Counted from the first letter of the stretch, positions 38,943-48,218 are shown. The stretch: 64,000 bases of DNA from Candidatus Levyibacteriota bacterium (GCA_003152105.1 PLZJ01000002.1:172257-236256), one strand, 5' to 3'. Program-made: numbers and translations. Notes: generated from the letters alone by a model not told the origin.

Positions 38943-39569
38943 ATGGATCCAAATACTGCTCAACCTTCTCAGTCAGTAAATCAAAAAACACCACCAATTA
39001 ATGAGCCACAATTTCTTTCAAAACATTTTTCATTTACTCGAATCTTACTAATATTATTGATTACTCTTATTTCAGCGTTTCTATTTGGAACAATAGGGTA
39101 TTTCATAGGGAAATATTCAAGTTCTCAGTCCTCAGACATACAGTATACTTTTACAAAATCTCAACCAATTAAACCTTCTCCAACTTTTATATCAATAACA
39201 CCTAGCGTTTCACCATCGCAAACCCCTGCTGAAACCTCAGGTTTATCTGGCATAGATAGCTCAACTCCTCAAGATTTTGCAACTTATATTACAGCTTTCT
39301 ATAAACAAAAACAAGCTAGTTGCGATATTGAAGAAATATCCGTAGATAATTCTAAAATAATTAGAGATAGTTTTGCTGAGACACAGGAAGGTTGTGGAAC
39401 TGGATGGATAGGATTCTACGCAAAGGTAAATGGATCTTGGGTTGAAGCATTTACTGCTCAGGGAACACCAACTTGTGCTACGGTAAATAAATATTTTTAT
39501 ACTAAAGAACTAATTCCTGATTGTACGGTTAATCCACAAATTTCTCCAATTCCAAATACTAACCCCTAA
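38943..39569 (+). CDS. cassette gene: membrane-anchored protein; N-terminus paralogous to 47386-48207
   Basis: EPQFLSKHFSFTRILLILLITLISAFLFGTIGYFIGKYSSSQSS versus EPKFISKHFNFKRVLLVLLVVLITASIFSAIGYLLGISQSSSS in 47386-48207. Confidence 0.5.
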   Translation: MDPNTAQPSQSVNQKTPPINEPQFLSKHFSFTRILLILLITLISAFLFGTIGYFIGKYSSSQSSDIQYTFTKSQPIKPSPTFISITPSVSPSQTPAETSGLSGIDSSTPQDFATYITAFYKQKQASCDIEEISVDNSKIIRDSFAETQEGCGTGWIGFYAKVNGSWVEAFTAQGTPTCATVNKYFYTKELIPDCTVNPQISPIPNTNP

Positions 39570-39600
39570 TTACCATATTCAAATTCTAAAATAAAGATAA

Positions 39601-39627
39601 GTTCTAAAGTACTCCACTCCTGCGAGC
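39601..39627 (+). repeat. cassette-boundary repeat R16
   Basis: GTTCTAAAGTACTCCACTCCTGCGAGC. Confidence 0.85.
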
Positions 39628-39677
39628 TCGTCTTAATCTCATTAACTTTGCTTCTGGTATACTAAATCCATATCATT

Positions 39678-40475
39678 ATGCTTGATATATTCTTGGTAAA
39701 ACTACTGTTAACCTTTATAGTTGCAAGTATTTTTATAACTGCTAATACAATACTTGCCGAAAAAGTAAGTCCTAAAATAGTCGGATTCATAGGAGGAATA
39801 CCAAATACAGTTTTAATCTCACTACTTTTTATTGGAATTACCCAATCTCCTTTAATTTCTTCTCAATCAACTACTGTAATTCCAATTATTATGGGAATTG
39901 ATGCATTATTTATTGTTATTTATGTCTATTTATCAAAATATAGTTTCCTTGTAGGATTTTTATCTGCCTTACTAGTGTGGTTTGTCTTAGTTAGTATTCT
40001 TGTGTTTATTAAGTTTAACAACTTTAGTCTATCATTAGCAGCCTTATTAATACTTATGGTTCTTAGTTACTTCTTAGTTGAACATGTTATTAAGACAAAA
40101 ACTATCTATAACAAAAAGTATAAGTTTTCACTAGCAAACATTATATTTAGAGGTGTCTTTAGTGGAACAATAGTTACTTTAGTAGTTATATTTGCAAAAA
40201 TAGGAGGGCCACTTTTTGGTGGCATAGGTGCTTCTTTCCCAGCAGCAATGATCTCAACTATGATAATCACAAATAGAGCTCAAGGAATTGAGTTTTCTAG
40301 ATCAGTAATGAAAATATTAATGATTTCAGGCCCTGTAAATGTAGCTGTATATGCAACAGCAGTTAGATTTCTTTATCCTGAATACGGCTTACTTTTAGGA
40401 ACAATATATTCACTACTTATTGCATTAATATCCACCTATTTGACCTACAAGTTCGTTGTAAAAAGAGTTGCCTGA
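39678..40475 (+). CDS. cassette gene: polytopic membrane protein
   Basis: About 8 TM helices. Confidence 0.45.
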   Translation: MLDIFLVKLLLTFIVASIFITANTILAEKVSPKIVGFIGGIPNTVLISLLFIGITQSPLISSQSTTVIPIIMGIDALFIVIYVYLSKYSFLVGFLSALLVWFVLVSILVFIKFNNFSLSLAALLILMVLSYFLVEHVIKTKTIYNKKYKFSLANIIFRGVFSGTIVTLVVIFAKIGGPLFGGIGASFPAAMISTMIITNRAQGIEFSRSVMKILMISGPVNVAVYATAVRFLYPEYGLLLGTIYSLLIALISTYLTYKFVVKRVA

Positions 40476-40494
40476 AGTTTTATAATGCCAAGTA

Positions 40495-40522
40495 GGTTCT
40501 AACGTCCTCCACTCCTGCGAGC
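40495..40522 (+). repeat. cassette-boundary repeat R17
   Basis: GGTTCTAACGTCCTCCACTCCTGCGAGC (exact consensus). Confidence 0.9.
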
Positions 40523-40551
40523 TTCAAAATACCTCATGATATAATTAATTC

Positions 40552-41025
40552 ATGGTAGAGCAATCTAGTGCAAATGAAAGAATATCTCCAGCTATTCGTC
40601 CTATGACCCTGGATGATGTTAATGAAGTCTATATTATTGGCTCATCAACTCCAGAGTTTTCAGCAGGAGATGCAGCAACATTTTGGGAAAGAGATGAACT
40701 TGAAAGATGGGTTACTCTGGGAGTAGATGATGTCTTACTGATAGCTGAAGTGAATGGACAAATAGGAGGATTTTTACTAGCAAAATACCATGTGCCAACA
40801 AAATTAGGTGCAATTCATGACGTATTTACTAAACCAGAATTTAGACGAAATGGGGTAGCAGAAGCACTTGAGGAAGAAGCTATACTTCAATTAACTCAAA
40901 AAGGGGCAACTTATATCTATTCCGTTACTCAACATGATAATCAAGCATCTATGAACCTTCAAGAAAAAGTAGGCTTTAAAAAAGGAAAACTTATGCAATG
41001 GTTTGAATTAGAACCCGAGAGATAA
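40552..41025 (+). CDS. cassette gene: GNAT family N-acetyltransferase
   Basis: 157 aa; acetyl-CoA-binding-like FRRNGVAEALEEEAI; GATATAAT upstream. Confidence 0.55.
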   Translation: MVEQSSANERISPAIRPMTLDDVNEVYIIGSSTPEFSAGDAATFWERDELERWVTLGVDDVLLIAEVNGQIGGFLLAKYHVPTKLGAIHDVFTKPEFRRNGVAEALEEEAILQLTQKGATYIYSVTQHDNQASMNLQEKVGFKKGKLMQWFELEPER

Positions 41026-41083
41026 ATGTTTTAACTTAGTGGGTTCTCAAACGAATCGCACCAATATGCAAACAATAAAGTTT

Positions 41084-41195
41084 TAACTTGCATCTTCTTT
41101 ATCTCCTCCCACCTCTGTCTAAGTTCTCCAAAGTAGCGTAAATCCTGGAACACAAGGATAATTGAGGTCAAATCTACGGTTATAATAAGATAAGG
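41084..41195 (+). repeat. element C copy 1 (about 110 nt conserved non-coding module)
   Basis: AACTTGCATCTTCTTTATCTCCTCCCACCTCTGTCTAAGTTCTCCAAAGTAGCGTAAATCCTGGAACAC...GGTTATAATAAGAT; second copy at 49855-49960 with about 75 percent identity. Confidence 0.5.
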
Positions 41196-41269
41196 CTCGG
41201 GGAGCTGGGTAGGATGATTAGTTTAGCTTCGTTTAACAACCCAAATTATTGATTTGATATAATCTTTTA

Positions 41270-41914
41270 ATGATTCTTTTTATTGGTGGACCACCTAGAG
41301 TAGGCAAAGGAGTTTTAACAAGAAATTTAAGTAAAAAACTTGGAATTCCATATATTTCTACTGACGCACTCCGTCAAGCAGCTAGAGAACTTCCTGCAAT
41401 ACCCAAAACCGACAATTTATTTAAATCAGAACCCCTAGGTGAAGGAGATAACCAAGAAGAATTTTTCAATAATACAAAGGTAGAAGATATTATTGATTTT
41501 CAAAATAAGGAATCTGAAGAAGTAGCAAGACTTGTTAAGGGTATAGTAGGATATTTCAGTTGGAGTAAAGAGCATTACATCATAGAAGGGGTAGCACTTT
41601 TACCTCGATATTATACCTCAGAATTTATCAAGGAAAATAATATTATCTTTATAGCTGTTGGAAATACTAATTTTGACACATTTTTTAAATTTTCATGGGA
41701 CCATAGAGTTAATGGCGATTGGTTAGGAAAGACAAGTAAGGAAGCATTTGAAAAAGTAATTAAATTTAGTGCTGAATTCAGTAAAATCTTCCAAAATGAA
41801 GCCAATAAGTTTGGCTATCCATATTATGAAGTTAATTCAAAAGATTTTAATAACCATATGACAACTATAACTGAGGAAATTGTAAAGAAGATTAGAAATA
41901 TAGATAGGTTCTAA
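41270..41914 (+). CDS. cassette gene: P-loop NTPase / kinase
   Basis: Walker A GGPPRVGKGV; the stop TAA lies inside R18. Confidence 0.5.
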   Translation: MILFIGGPPRVGKGVLTRNLSKKLGIPYISTDALRQAARELPAIPKTDNLFKSEPLGEGDNQEEFFNNTKVEDIIDFQNKESEEVARLVKGIVGYFSWSKEHYIIEGVALLPRYYTSEFIKENNIIFIAVGNTNFDTFFKFSWDHRVNGDWLGKTSKEAFEKVIKFSAEFSKIFQNEANKFGYPYYEVNSKDFNNHMTTITEEIVKKIRNIDRF

Positions 41915-41933
41915 CATCCTCCACTCCTGCGGC
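41907..41933 (+). repeat. cassette-boundary repeat R18
   Basis: GGTTCTAACATCCTCCACTCCTGCGGC. Confidence 0.85.
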
Positions 41934-42039
41934 ACGATAATGTAACATCAAGATAAGCCCTTTGTATTAATCTAAATGAAATATTTGAACCTTCTAGAAA
42001 CTTCTTAAAGTTTAGTTTAGTATGTTATACTAACAGATA

Positions 42040-42780
42040 ATGCTCAAACAACTTTACTTAGTTACATTTACTTTACTCATCTTTTTCGTTTCACTTTTTG
42101 TCTATATAAAAATTGCTGGTCCGCTTCCGTTTTCAGTTAATTCAGTGACTACATCTAAATCAACAACTTTTGATGTAAGCGGAGAGGGAAAAGTAACTAT
42201 ACAACCAGATGGGGCAAATATTTCTGCAGGAGTCATGGCAAATGGAGCAAGCGTACAACAAGTACAAACTCAGATGAACACGATTATAAACAAAGTCTCC
42301 TCCTCCGAAAAATCATTGGGAATTGACCCAAAAGATATACAAACTGCACAATATAGTGTTACTCCTATATATGATTATTCACTAGGCAGCCAAAATATAA
42401 ACGGATACAGTGCCACGACAACGCTTACCATCAAAGTCCGTGATATTACCAAAATAAACAGCAGTATTGATGCCGCAACAGCAGCTGGAGCAACAAATGT
42501 AGATAATCTTGGTTTTACAAATAGTGATACAACGGTTGCGGAAAACCAAGCAAGAAAGATTGCAGTTGCACAGGCGAAGAAAAAAGCAGAGGATGCCGCA
42601 AGTATAGCGGGATTTTCCTTAGGTAATATTGTTAATTATAGTGAAAATTTTGGAGGTACTCCTCGTATTATGCCACTTAACGCAGAAAATGCTAATATAG
42701 GGAGCGCTCCTGTTACTAAACTTGAACCGGGATCAAATGAAGTACAAGTTGATGTGACTCTAAGTTATGAAATCAGATAA
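42040..42780 (+). CDS. cassette gene: SIMPL-domain (DUF541) secreted protein
   Basis: N-terminal TM helix, then TFDVSGEGKVTIQPDGANISAGV...VQQVQTQMN, typical of SIMPL/26 kDa periplasmic immunogenic protein. Confidence 0.5.
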   Translation: MLKQLYLVTFTLLIFFVSLFVYIKIAGPLPFSVNSVTTSKSTTFDVSGEGKVTIQPDGANISAGVMANGASVQQVQTQMNTIINKVSSSEKSLGIDPKDIQTAQYSVTPIYDYSLGSQNINGYSATTTLTIKVRDITKINSSIDAATAAGATNVDNLGFTNSDTTVAENQARKIAVAQAKKKAEDAASIAGFSLGNIVNYSENFGGTPRIMPLNAENANIGSAPVTKLEPGSNEVQVDVTLSYEIR

Positions 42781-42794
42781 CAACTTAGTTCTCA

Positions 42795-42872
42795 GGTTCT
42801 AAATTGAATCACACCATTTAAAAGTTAATAACTACTTAATTTTCCAAGCTCTATAATCCTCCACACTGCGAG
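42795..42872 (+). repeat. split or degenerate repeat (GGTTCTAA ... about 55 nt ... ATCCTCCACACTGCGAG)
   Basis: Both halves of the consensus present but separated. Confidence 0.4.
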
Positions 42873-42919
42873 TTTGATAGGATTGTAAATTTAGCCTCAT
42901 TTTACAATCTATTTATTGA

Positions 42920-43639
42920 TTAAATAGTTTCTGCTTCTTTCCACCATTCTTCAAATAATTGAGAAAGTATTGCAGCAAATGGGGGATAGGTAATCTTTAT
43001 ACCCATATCTTTTTCGGATTCAGAATGCTTATATGACATAAAATATATGGCTTCAGAGTCATAAATCATAAGTCTTATATGTTTCAAGGCTGATTTTTTA
43101 ACTAAAATTCCATTTTGCTTCCAGTTAGCAACCTGATCAGCATTTTCGCCTGAGTAATCCTGTATTAGCATTCTAGTAATAATGCCTCTCTTTTTCGCCT
43201 CAATAATAGACAACATTGTTTCAGGAGGAATTTCATGTCCAGAACGAAGTAAATCTATTGATTTTACTGTTTTATCTGCTTCTATTGCTGAGATTTTCAT
43301 TAACTCATCACGGCTTTGAATAAAATTAAAGGACAATGGATCAATCTTAGATATCTCATTATTAGGAACTGTACCTAAATTTTCTCTAAATTCCTTTGAA
43401 AACCATTTATTTTGATGTAAGAGAAAAAGCGATAATCCGTCATTAATCGGCTTAGCCATAAATTGAGAAGGATAGCTAGAAGACTTGGCAATTAAACCTA
43501 AATTTAAGAGTTCCTCAGTCAGCCTATATACCACGGTAGGTATCAGCTTAAGCTGTATTGCTAGCTCTCTTGCGTAAAGCGGCCTAGATGTTTTGAGTAG
43601 CACCTTATATATTTCTTGAGCTTGCGGACTCATAGCCAT
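42920..43639 (-). CDS. cassette gene: TrmB-like HTH transcriptional regulator
   Basis: N-terminal winged helix (YARELAIQLKLIPTVVYRLTEELLNLGLI), about 240 aa. Confidence 0.45.
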   Translation of the reverse strand: MAMSPQAQEIYKVLLKTSRPLYARELAIQLKLIPTVVYRLTEELLNLGLIAKSSSYPSQFMAKPINDGLSLFLLHQNKWFSKEFRENLGTVPNNEISKIDPLSFNFIQSRDELMKISAIEADKTVKSIDLLRSGHEIPPETMLSIIEAKKRGIITRMLIQDYSGENADQVANWKQNGILVKKSALKHIRLMIYDSEAIYFMSYKHSESEKDMGIKITYPPFAAILSQLFEEWWKEAETI

Positions 43640-43697
43640 AAGAAGGGTAGTTTAGCATTTTTTTGCTAAAGTATCAAATTTATAGATAATTCTATTT

Positions 43698-44849
43698 ATG
43701 ATAGAAGGTCAACCTTTAGAAGGTATTTTTCTTAATCAAAAAAGAGATAGTCTGTTTCAGCAGGCTGAGCGTGAACTTAGACATGAAGTTAGCATTTATC
43801 GTTTAAAAGATAGATTTGAAGGTTTGCCTAATAATCTAGGAAATATAACTATGCTTGATGCCTCCAATATCCCAGGTTGTCACTATGGTGTTAGAAATGT
43901 GTTTGTGCCTATTATTCATCACTTAGAAGAAGTAGGATTTTCAGTTAAAGATAAGTATGTTGATATCAATCCTGACACAACGATTCTAGTTGAGCCTAGC
44001 ACAGGTAATAGTTGGGTAGCTTTTAGCGATGCGGCTGAGATGTTAGGATATGAGCATATTGTAGTTATGCCTGAAGGTTTGCCTGAGAGTAGGTATAGGC
44101 ATCCAAACGGAAGACCAGTTAAAATTCTAAGAACTCCAAAAGAAGAATACGCTGAAGGCATGCCTAAACAGCTTCAATCTTTAATCATGCAAAACCGAAG
44201 AAGGATAGCTTTGGGTCAAAAAATATATATCACACCTAATCATCCAATTAGCTCTGCAGATATAACTGTAAAAGCAATGGCTGATTTGGGTCGTCAGTTG
44301 GCAGCAAAATTACAAGGCAAGGCTTTTACATTCGTAGGCTCTATGGGTAATGGTGCGAGTATTTGTTCTATAGGTGAATATTTAAAGGAAAACACTGATG
44401 ATGCAAGAGTAATAGCCACAGAATCGTTTAATTATGGTGGAGGATATGATTGGTATGCGAATACGCATAGGAAACCAAGCTATAAAAAATTATATGGAAT
44501 TGATCCAGGAAATCCAATACTTATGAAGCAGTTTGATGCTTTTGGGACTAACGCACCAATAGGTATAGAGCTTCCTCTTCAGAAAAGAGCTATAGAAGGA
44601 GGCTTACTAGATGATTATTCATTATTTACTACACAAGCTACTTTTGATGTTTATAAGTCAATTCCAGGTTTAAGTCAAGAACAGATTAATAATGCATCAA
44701 GTCTTCCTAATCGCAATAAACTACCTCAGTCTTTATATGAAGCATATGGAAACTCCACCTTAGCTAATATAGAAGTTGCATCACAATACACTAATGAAGA
44801 AAGAGAAATAGTTGCAATAGCTTATGATTCGCGAAAGGCGTATTCGTAA
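43698..44849 (+). CDS. cassette gene: PLP-dependent enzyme, cysteine synthase/tryptophan synthase-beta fold
   Basis: GFSVKDKYV (PLP-Lys region like SVKDR), then EPSTGNSWVAFSDAAEMLGYEHIVVMPE matching the fold-type II pattern. Confidence 0.5.
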   Translation: MIEGQPLEGIFLNQKRDSLFQQAERELRHEVSIYRLKDRFEGLPNNLGNITMLDASNIPGCHYGVRNVFVPIIHHLEEVGFSVKDKYVDINPDTTILVEPSTGNSWVAFSDAAEMLGYEHIVVMPEGLPESRYRHPNGRPVKILRTPKEEYAEGMPKQLQSLIMQNRRRIALGQKIYITPNHPISSADITVKAMADLGRQLAAKLQGKAFTFVGSMGNGASICSIGEYLKENTDDARVIATESFNYGGGYDWYANTHRKPSYKKLYGIDPGNPILMKQFDAFGTNAPIGIELPLQKRAIEGGLLDDYSLFTTQATFDVYKSIPGLSQEQINNASSLPNRNKLPQSLYEAYGNSTLANIEVASQYTNEEREIVAIAYDSRKAYS

Positions 44850-44854
44850 AAATA

Positions 44855-44882
44855 GCTTCTAATGTCTGCCACTCCTGCGAGC
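44855..44882 (+). repeat. cassette-boundary repeat R20
   Basis: GCTTCTAATGTCTGCCACTCCTGCGAGC. Confidence 0.75.
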
Positions 44883-44947
44883 TTGGTAGGAATAGCCAAT
44901 TTATCTTCATTTTACAATCTAAATTTCAGGTCTGGTATAATTGTAGC

Positions 44948-45460
44948 ATGGAAGATAGCGCTGAATCTCCACAACAACCAATAATACATAATAGAGAAAA
45001 TACTGCATCAAGCACTTTTAATTTTAAAACATTTTACTCTGATTCAGAAGGTAGAATAGATTTAGGTTCTTACACTAGGGACGTTGCTAAATTAAACATG
45101 CTTATTTATGAAGGTCTTGACGACAAAGATGAACTTCAAGAATTAAAGGATATAATTGAAGAACCTGATACTGCTGTTATTGTGGTAACAAATCACTCTG
45201 ATGAAGTAGTAGGCTTTGGTTCGGTAAGCGGCCTGCATTCAAGTACGGCAAATTTTGATGTGTCGGCAGTTAAGGAAGGAAATAGAGGAAAAGGTATATA
45301 TAGAGAACTTGTCAGAAGGAGAGTAGAGCTAGCTATGCAAAATGGAGTTAAAAAAGTGATGACTTTTCCTAACTCACAAAATATCTATCAAATAAAAGCA
45401 CTTGCTGATGAGGGTTTTAATAACAATGGAGGCTCTTTTTATATTTTAGATATTAAGTAG
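44948..45460 (+). CDS. cassette gene: probable GNAT-like acetyltransferase
   Basis: NRGKGIYRELVRRRVELA (R/Q-x-x-G-x-G/A-like); TGGTATAAT upstream. Confidence 0.4.
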   Translation: MEDSAESPQQPIIHNRENTASSTFNFKTFYSDSEGRIDLGSYTRDVAKLNMLIYEGLDDKDELQELKDIIEEPDTAVIVVTNHSDEVVGFGSVSGLHSSTANFDVSAVKEGNRGKGIYRELVRRRVELAMQNGVKKVMTFPNSQNIYQIKALADEGFNNNGGSFYILDIK

Positions 45461-45466
45461 ATGCCA

Positions 45467-45494
45467 GGTTCTAACTTCCTCCACTGCTGCGAGC
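45467..45494 (+). repeat. cassette-boundary repeat R21
   Basis: GGTTCTAACTTCCTCCACTGCTGCGAGC. Confidence 0.85.
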
Positions 45495-45551
45495 TTTTAT
45501 TGATGTTAATATCTTGACTTTTAAGTCGGAAGGGGTTAATATAGCTAATCC

Positions 45552-46136
45552 ATGGCTGTACAATTAGAAACAACTAGAAGATTTGAATCATTTCAACCTG
45601 AGCAAAGAGATGAATTCTTAGGTAAATTAAAAGCAGAGCAAGCACAATTAGCCGAAACAACAAGGGAATTTGTACGATCACAAACTCCACTCTGGCAGTT
45701 GTTACCAAGCTTAGCTTCAGAAGCTGAAGGTATTAGATTAGGCTCAGTGGGCTCCAATATAGTAAAAGAAAAACTTTTACCTATTTCAGCTGGTCATAAT
45801 GTATATGCAGTTGCTTACATTGGTCTTTCTTCTGGAGAAATATTAGACGCTTATGACCGATTTAATGACAATAATCCTGCAAGAAGTTTATCAATGTTAA
45901 GTCGTGCAAGCGATGAAGCAATTTTAGATATTTTAGCAAATAGTCCAAGTAGCTTTGATGCTGCAAGTGTCATCAAAGTATATTTAAAAGGAATTGAAAT
46001 TAGACGCTCTCTAAGTCGAACGCAGGGAAATGAAGAAGTAAAAGAGCAAATAAAAATAAGAAGAGAAAAATACGGACTAAGAGAATTAGATTTGGAACAA
46101 GTAAAACAGTTAGTTGAAAAGTATGTATCTGAATAG
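45552..46136 (+). CDS. cassette gene: hypothetical protein
   Basis: ORF between R21 and R22. Confidence 0.45.
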   Translation: MAVQLETTRRFESFQPEQRDEFLGKLKAEQAQLAETTREFVRSQTPLWQLLPSLASEAEGIRLGSVGSNIVKEKLLPISAGHNVYAVAYIGLSSGEILDAYDRFNDNNPARSLSMLSRASDEAILDILANSPSSFDAASVIKVYLKGIEIRRSLSRTQGNEEVKEQIKIRREKYGLRELDLEQVKQLVEKYVSE

Positions 46137-46140
46137 TTAA

Positions 46141-46167
46141 GTTTTAACTCCCTCCACCCCTGCGAGC
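46141..46167 (+). repeat. cassette-boundary repeat R22
   Basis: GTTTTAACTCCCTCCACCCCTGCGAGC. Confidence 0.75.
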
Positions 46168-46274
46168 TGAACTATTGACAAGTCAATCAAAGATATGCAA
46201 TCATAAACATGCTGAAAGCAATGGAATGGGTCTTCTAAATACTGGGAATAATTCTACTTGCATCTTTTGTTGGA

Positions 46275-46400
46275 ATGATTTATTCATATTTTCAAAATAC
46301 CCATAGTCAGGGACTTTTATTCACATCTGTAGTATTTCTTATCGCAGGACTTTATTCAATAAACTACTACTTTAAATTAAATAAGAAAAATAGACAATAG
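46275..46400 (+). CDS. possible small membrane protein (41 aa, not in ORF track)
   Basis: MIYSYFQNTHSQGLLFTSVVFLIAGLYSINYYFKLNKKNRQ; one TM helix; preceded by an element-C-like TACTTGCATCTTTTGTTGG. Confidence 0.25.
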   Translation: MIYSYFQNTHSQGLLFTSVVFLIAGLYSINYYFKLNKKNRQ

Positions 46401-46402
46401 AT

Positions 46403-46588
46403 ATGAATTGCACAAATGATCAATCCCCTATGGAAAAAGGCTCTTTAGTTGAACAAGGTACTCATTGGAATAAACTCTCTGAATTAGGAAAATTTGCAAC
46501 TGGAATAGCATTGGGATCTGCAAAAAGAGTTTTTGCCTATCATTGTCCTACCTGTGGAAATATATCTCTCTCAACCCAAGATAAATAA
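46403..46588 (+). CDS. cassette gene: small CxxC protein
   Basis: 61 aa with CPTCGN; the stop TAA abuts R23. Confidence 0.4.
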   Translation: MNCTNDQSPMEKGSLVEQGTHWNKLSELGKFATGIALGSAKRVFAYHCPTCGNISLSTQDK

Positions 46589-46616
46589 GGTTCTAACGTC
46601 CTCCACTCCTGCGAGC
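46589..46616 (+). repeat. cassette-boundary repeat R23
   Basis: GGTTCTAACGTCCTCCACTCCTGCGAGC (exact consensus). Confidence 0.9.
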
Positions 46617-46677
46617 AACTACCTAGCCTCAAAATAGTCATTTTTAGCCTTGTTAGAGGAGATTAGGATTCGAACCT
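46617..46677 (+). repeat. long junction extension (L-type) after R23
   Basis: AACTACCTAGCCTCAAAATAGTCATTTTTAGCCTTGTTAGAGGAGATTAGGATTCGAACCT; its reverse complement CTTAGGTTCGAATCCTAATCTCCTC resembles the tRNA T-arm/acceptor 3' end. Confidence 0.7.
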
Positions 46678-46697
46678 AAGTTTGGTATACTACAAAA

Positions 46698-47261
46698 GTG
46701 ATAATACAGCCACAGATAATTGACAAACTAAAAGCCTTAAATAGTCCAGCAATTATTGCAATATCAGGATTTGGAGGAGCTGGTAAGTCTTCAGCTGCTA
46801 ATCAAATAGGTAAACTTCTTGATGCCCCAGTCGTGTGCATAGATTCATTTATCAGAAAAGACAAGCCAAAAGAATATTCTAACTGGGAAGTAATGGATTT
46901 TAATAGACTAATATCGGATGTGATTAAACCATTTAAGGAAGGTAAAAATCCAGTTACCTTTATACCAAGTAGGTGGGAAGATGGAGTAATTCTTTCAGAA
47001 GTAGCGTTAAATCATAATGGAGTCCTTGTGATTGAAGGAGTAGGGCTGCTTCAGCCAACGTTAATGCCATATTATAGCTATTCAATTTGGATTGATACAG
47101 AAGCTGAAGAAGCATTCAGACGTGGTAAAAAAAGAGACAGAGAAGAATATAATAATCCTCATGATGAACTTTGGGATGGACTATGGAAAGAAAATGACAT
47201 TCAGTTTTATGAAAAGAATAATCCACATAAGTTAGCGGACGTAGTTTTAGACAATAAATAA
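46698..47261 (+). CDS. cassette gene: P-loop kinase (uridine kinase/PRK-like)
   Basis: Walker A ISGFGGAGKSS; stop TAA then R24. Confidence 0.5.
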   Translation: MIIQPQIIDKLKALNSPAIIAISGFGGAGKSSAANQIGKLLDAPVVCIDSFIRKDKPKEYSNWEVMDFNRLISDVIKPFKEGKNPVTFIPSRWEDGVILSEVALNHNGVLVIEGVGLLQPTLMPYYSYSIWIDTEAEEAFRRGKKRDREEYNNPHDELWDGLWKENDIQFYEKNNPHKLADVVLDNK

Positions 47262-47262
47262 C

Positions 47263-47289
47263 GTTCTAACTTCCTCCACTCCTGCGAGC
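47263..47289 (+). repeat. cassette-boundary repeat R24
   Basis: GTTCTAACTTCCTCCACTCCTGCGAGC. Confidence 0.85.
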
Positions 47290-47304
47290 TTCAATTAGCC
47301 AAAT

Positions 47305-47337
47305 AAAACTCACTGATATAGTTAACCAGAGGGAGCT
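47305..47337 (+). repeat. motif B copy 2
   Basis: AAAACTCACTGATATAGTTAACCAGAGGGAGCT. Confidence 0.5.
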
Positions 47338-47385
47338 CTATAGGTAAATATTGACATGGTTATTTATGTATGTGATAGTTAGTAT

Positions 47386-48207
47386 ATGGAGTCAGATGTT
47401 AAAAAAGATAAAGTTGTCGAACCTAAGTTTATTTCAAAACATTTTAATTTTAAAAGAGTTTTGTTAGTTTTACTGGTAGTCCTTATAACTGCTTCAATTT
47501 TTAGTGCAATTGGATATCTTTTAGGAATAAGTCAGTCTTCATCAAGCATATCTATAAAGCCAGTACACGCATCTATTACTCCTGCTTTTAAAAGGCAAGG
47601 ATACAATGTAACTGAATCAATACTTCCAACACCTACTCCAGTACTTAATTTCGTACCGAATGTGCCAACAGTTACAAAACAAATCATTTCCAGTGTTGAT
47701 ACAAATGGATGGAAGACATTTTCATGTTCATTCCAGGGATCGTATAAATTTTCGGTCAAATATCCATCTCAATGGTATGTAGTTGATAATGGTGATACGT
47801 GTGGTGAAAAAGATGATCACGAAGAATTTGTGCTGAGTAATTATCCACATTCCCCTGGAGTAAATGGTTACCCAAATTATTATGCAATTGACATAGAATT
47901 TAATGCAAATGGGGGATATTTGGGTGGAGAACCTATATCTGCACAATCAACTGTAATTGATGCATTAAGTGGAAATGATTTACATATTAAAGATAATCCA
48001 GGTAAACTTCTTGAAATTGATACTACTACAATAGGTGGAAAAACTGCATACTCTTTACTAGTAGATACTAGAGTAGATGGTAAATCTAATGATCCTTGGA
48101 CTGTACTTATCCCAAATGGTTTAGTTCAATTTGACGATTTATCAGAAGTTACAGGGAATGCAGAAACTCAATTGTTTAATGCAATATTAAATTCAGTTAA
48201 ACTTTAG
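47386..48207 (+). CDS. cassette gene: membrane-anchored extracytoplasmic protein (N-terminal paralog of 38943-39569)
   Basis: Shared KHFxFxRxLLxLLxxLIxA N-terminal module. Confidence 0.5.
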   Translation: MESDVKKDKVVEPKFISKHFNFKRVLLVLLVVLITASIFSAIGYLLGISQSSSSISIKPVHASITPAFKRQGYNVTESILPTPTPVLNFVPNVPTVTKQIISSVDTNGWKTFSCSFQGSYKFSVKYPSQWYVVDNGDTCGEKDDHEEFVLSNYPHSPGVNGYPNYYAIDIEFNANGGYLGGEPISAQSTVIDALSGNDLHIKDNPGKLLEIDTTTIGGKTAYSLLVDTRVDGKSNDPWTVLIPNGLVQFDDLSEVTGNAETQLFNAILNSVKL

Positions 48208-48218
48208 TTATATAGCCA

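Noticed and set aside
46617-46677. L-type extensions as tRNA genes or pseudo-tRNAs
   Set aside because: Only a T-arm/acceptor-3'-strand-like segment is present. No D-arm, anticodon arm or 5' acceptor strand exists, so these are att-like tRNA-end mimics at most.
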